Below, in pieces: positions 63,536 through 64,000 of a DNA stretch of 64,000 nt. The translations under genes and the position numbers were made by a program. The DNA is from an uncultured Ruminococcus sp. Its GTDB lineage: Bacteria; Bacillota; Clostridia; Oscillospirales; Acutalibacteraceae. Each line of letters opens with the position of its first letter. The first letter of the stretch is position 1. Location: the NCBI GenBank assembly GCA_902764235.1, contig CACWVH010000002.1, positions 8,766-72,765 on the forward strand, read 5' to 3'. The notes below the pieces were generated by a model. That model saw nothing but the letters and a program-made list of their open reading frames with translations, was not told the origin of the DNA and did no database searches.

Positions 63536-64000
63536 TTAGTTTCTGAATTGACCGTTATAATCAAAGGCATGATCCATCGGTCCTGAGCCTTGACCAAGAT
63601 CAAGCATTGCGCCAAGTGCACCTGAGATATATTCCTTAGCCTTTCTAACTGACTCCTCGATCGGATAGCCCTTTGCAAGATTTGCGACTATTGCAGAAGA
63701 AAGCGTACAGCCTGTTCCGTGAGTATTGGGGTTATCAATTCTGTTACCCTCAAAGGTCGAAAAGGTTCCGCTGAAGCAAAGTATATCCGTTGCATCGCTA
63801 ACGCTGTGTCCGCCTTTTACAAGAACCGCTCCGTGATATCTCTGATGAATAATTTCAGCTGCAAGTGCCATCTCATCTCTTGAGGTTATCCTCATATCGG
63901 AAAGAACCTCAGCTTCCGGAATATTCGGTGTTATAACATCTGCTATCGGCAGAAGCTTTTCCTTGAGTACGTTTACGGCATCCTCACTTATCAGCCTTGC
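63536..64000 (-). CDS. thiD: Hydroxymethylpyrimidine/phosphomethylpyrimidine kinase, C-terminal part (5' end outside window)
   Basis: The frame stays open to 64000 by my translation: ..LLPIADVITPNIPEAEVLSDMRITS..VLVKGGH..GTGCTLSSAI. The ORF-track entry 63536-63895 is only the part after an internal Met. Confidence 0.9.
   Translation of the reverse strand, partial: ARLISEDAVNVLKEKLLPIADVITPNIPEAEVLSDMRITSRDEMALAAEIIHQRYHGAVLVKGGHSVSDATDILCFSGTFSTFEGNRIDNPNTHGTGCTLSSAIVANLAKGYPIEESVRKAKEYISGALGAMLDLGQGSGPMDHAFDYNGQFRN

Noticed and set aside
62588-63586. 332-aa ORF antisense to thiC
   Set aside because: It is opposite a highly conserved ThiC reading frame. The product is low-complexity (C/H/I/F-rich) with no start context, so it is a shadow ORF.
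1-64000. Search for CRISPR arrays, tRNA/rRNA genes, transposases, integrases, phage or known defence genes
   Set aside because: I found no regularly spaced direct repeats with unique spacers, no tRNA-like cloverleaf candidates in the intergenic regions and no recombinase-like ORFs. The only dispersed repeats are the GC-rich intergenic family reported above.

Overview
Low-GC Firmicutes/Clostridia-type chromosomal segment. By inference it comes from a spore-forming gut anaerobe of the Oscillospiraceae/Ruminococcus type, judged from sporulation genes, [FeFe]-hydrogenase maturases, and cohesin-like and starch-binding-module proteins. I support about 62 protein-coding genes, mostly on the minus strand. 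I saw no rRNA, tRNA, CRISPR array, transposase, integrase or phage genes.

Most of the window is core housekeeping, and its gene order resembles Bacillus subtilis:
- spoVB-like/mazG/hup/yabO/yabP/yabQ/divIC/yabR
- hemZ/MBL/dtd/relA/recJ
- HlyD-like/yggS/sepF/divIVA/ileS/lspA/rluD
- miaA, corA, dnaE, and thiD-thiC
- Metal modules: a split Cd/Zn-type P1B ATPase with an ArsR-family regulator, and feoA-feoB with a DtxR-family regulator
- A hydE-hydG-hydF maturase operon with a TM1266-type small regulator

The accessory-looking part is 1.3-15.9 kb, which holds surface or secreted proteins, an ATPase-less HlyD/FtsX operon and uncharacterised enzymes.

I found no recognisable defence system or mobile element. 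These signals are most worth a second look:
1. A mosaic GC-rich intergenic repeat family is present at four loci, all in divergent promoter regions. One copy is bounded by 15-bp inverted repeats.
2. A strongly SD-led 27-codon MSPDP... leader ORF lies upstream of corA, with mutually exclusive pairings that involve the corA start codon.
3. A terminator/antiterminator-like leader precedes the hydrogenase-maturase operon.
4. An AT-rich orphan gene with overlapping frames is wedged between hydG and hydF.
5. A tightly packed HlyD / FtsX-permease / GME-fold / cohesin-like operon has no ATPase gene.

All functional names rest on motif and family recognition by eye. No database search was run.
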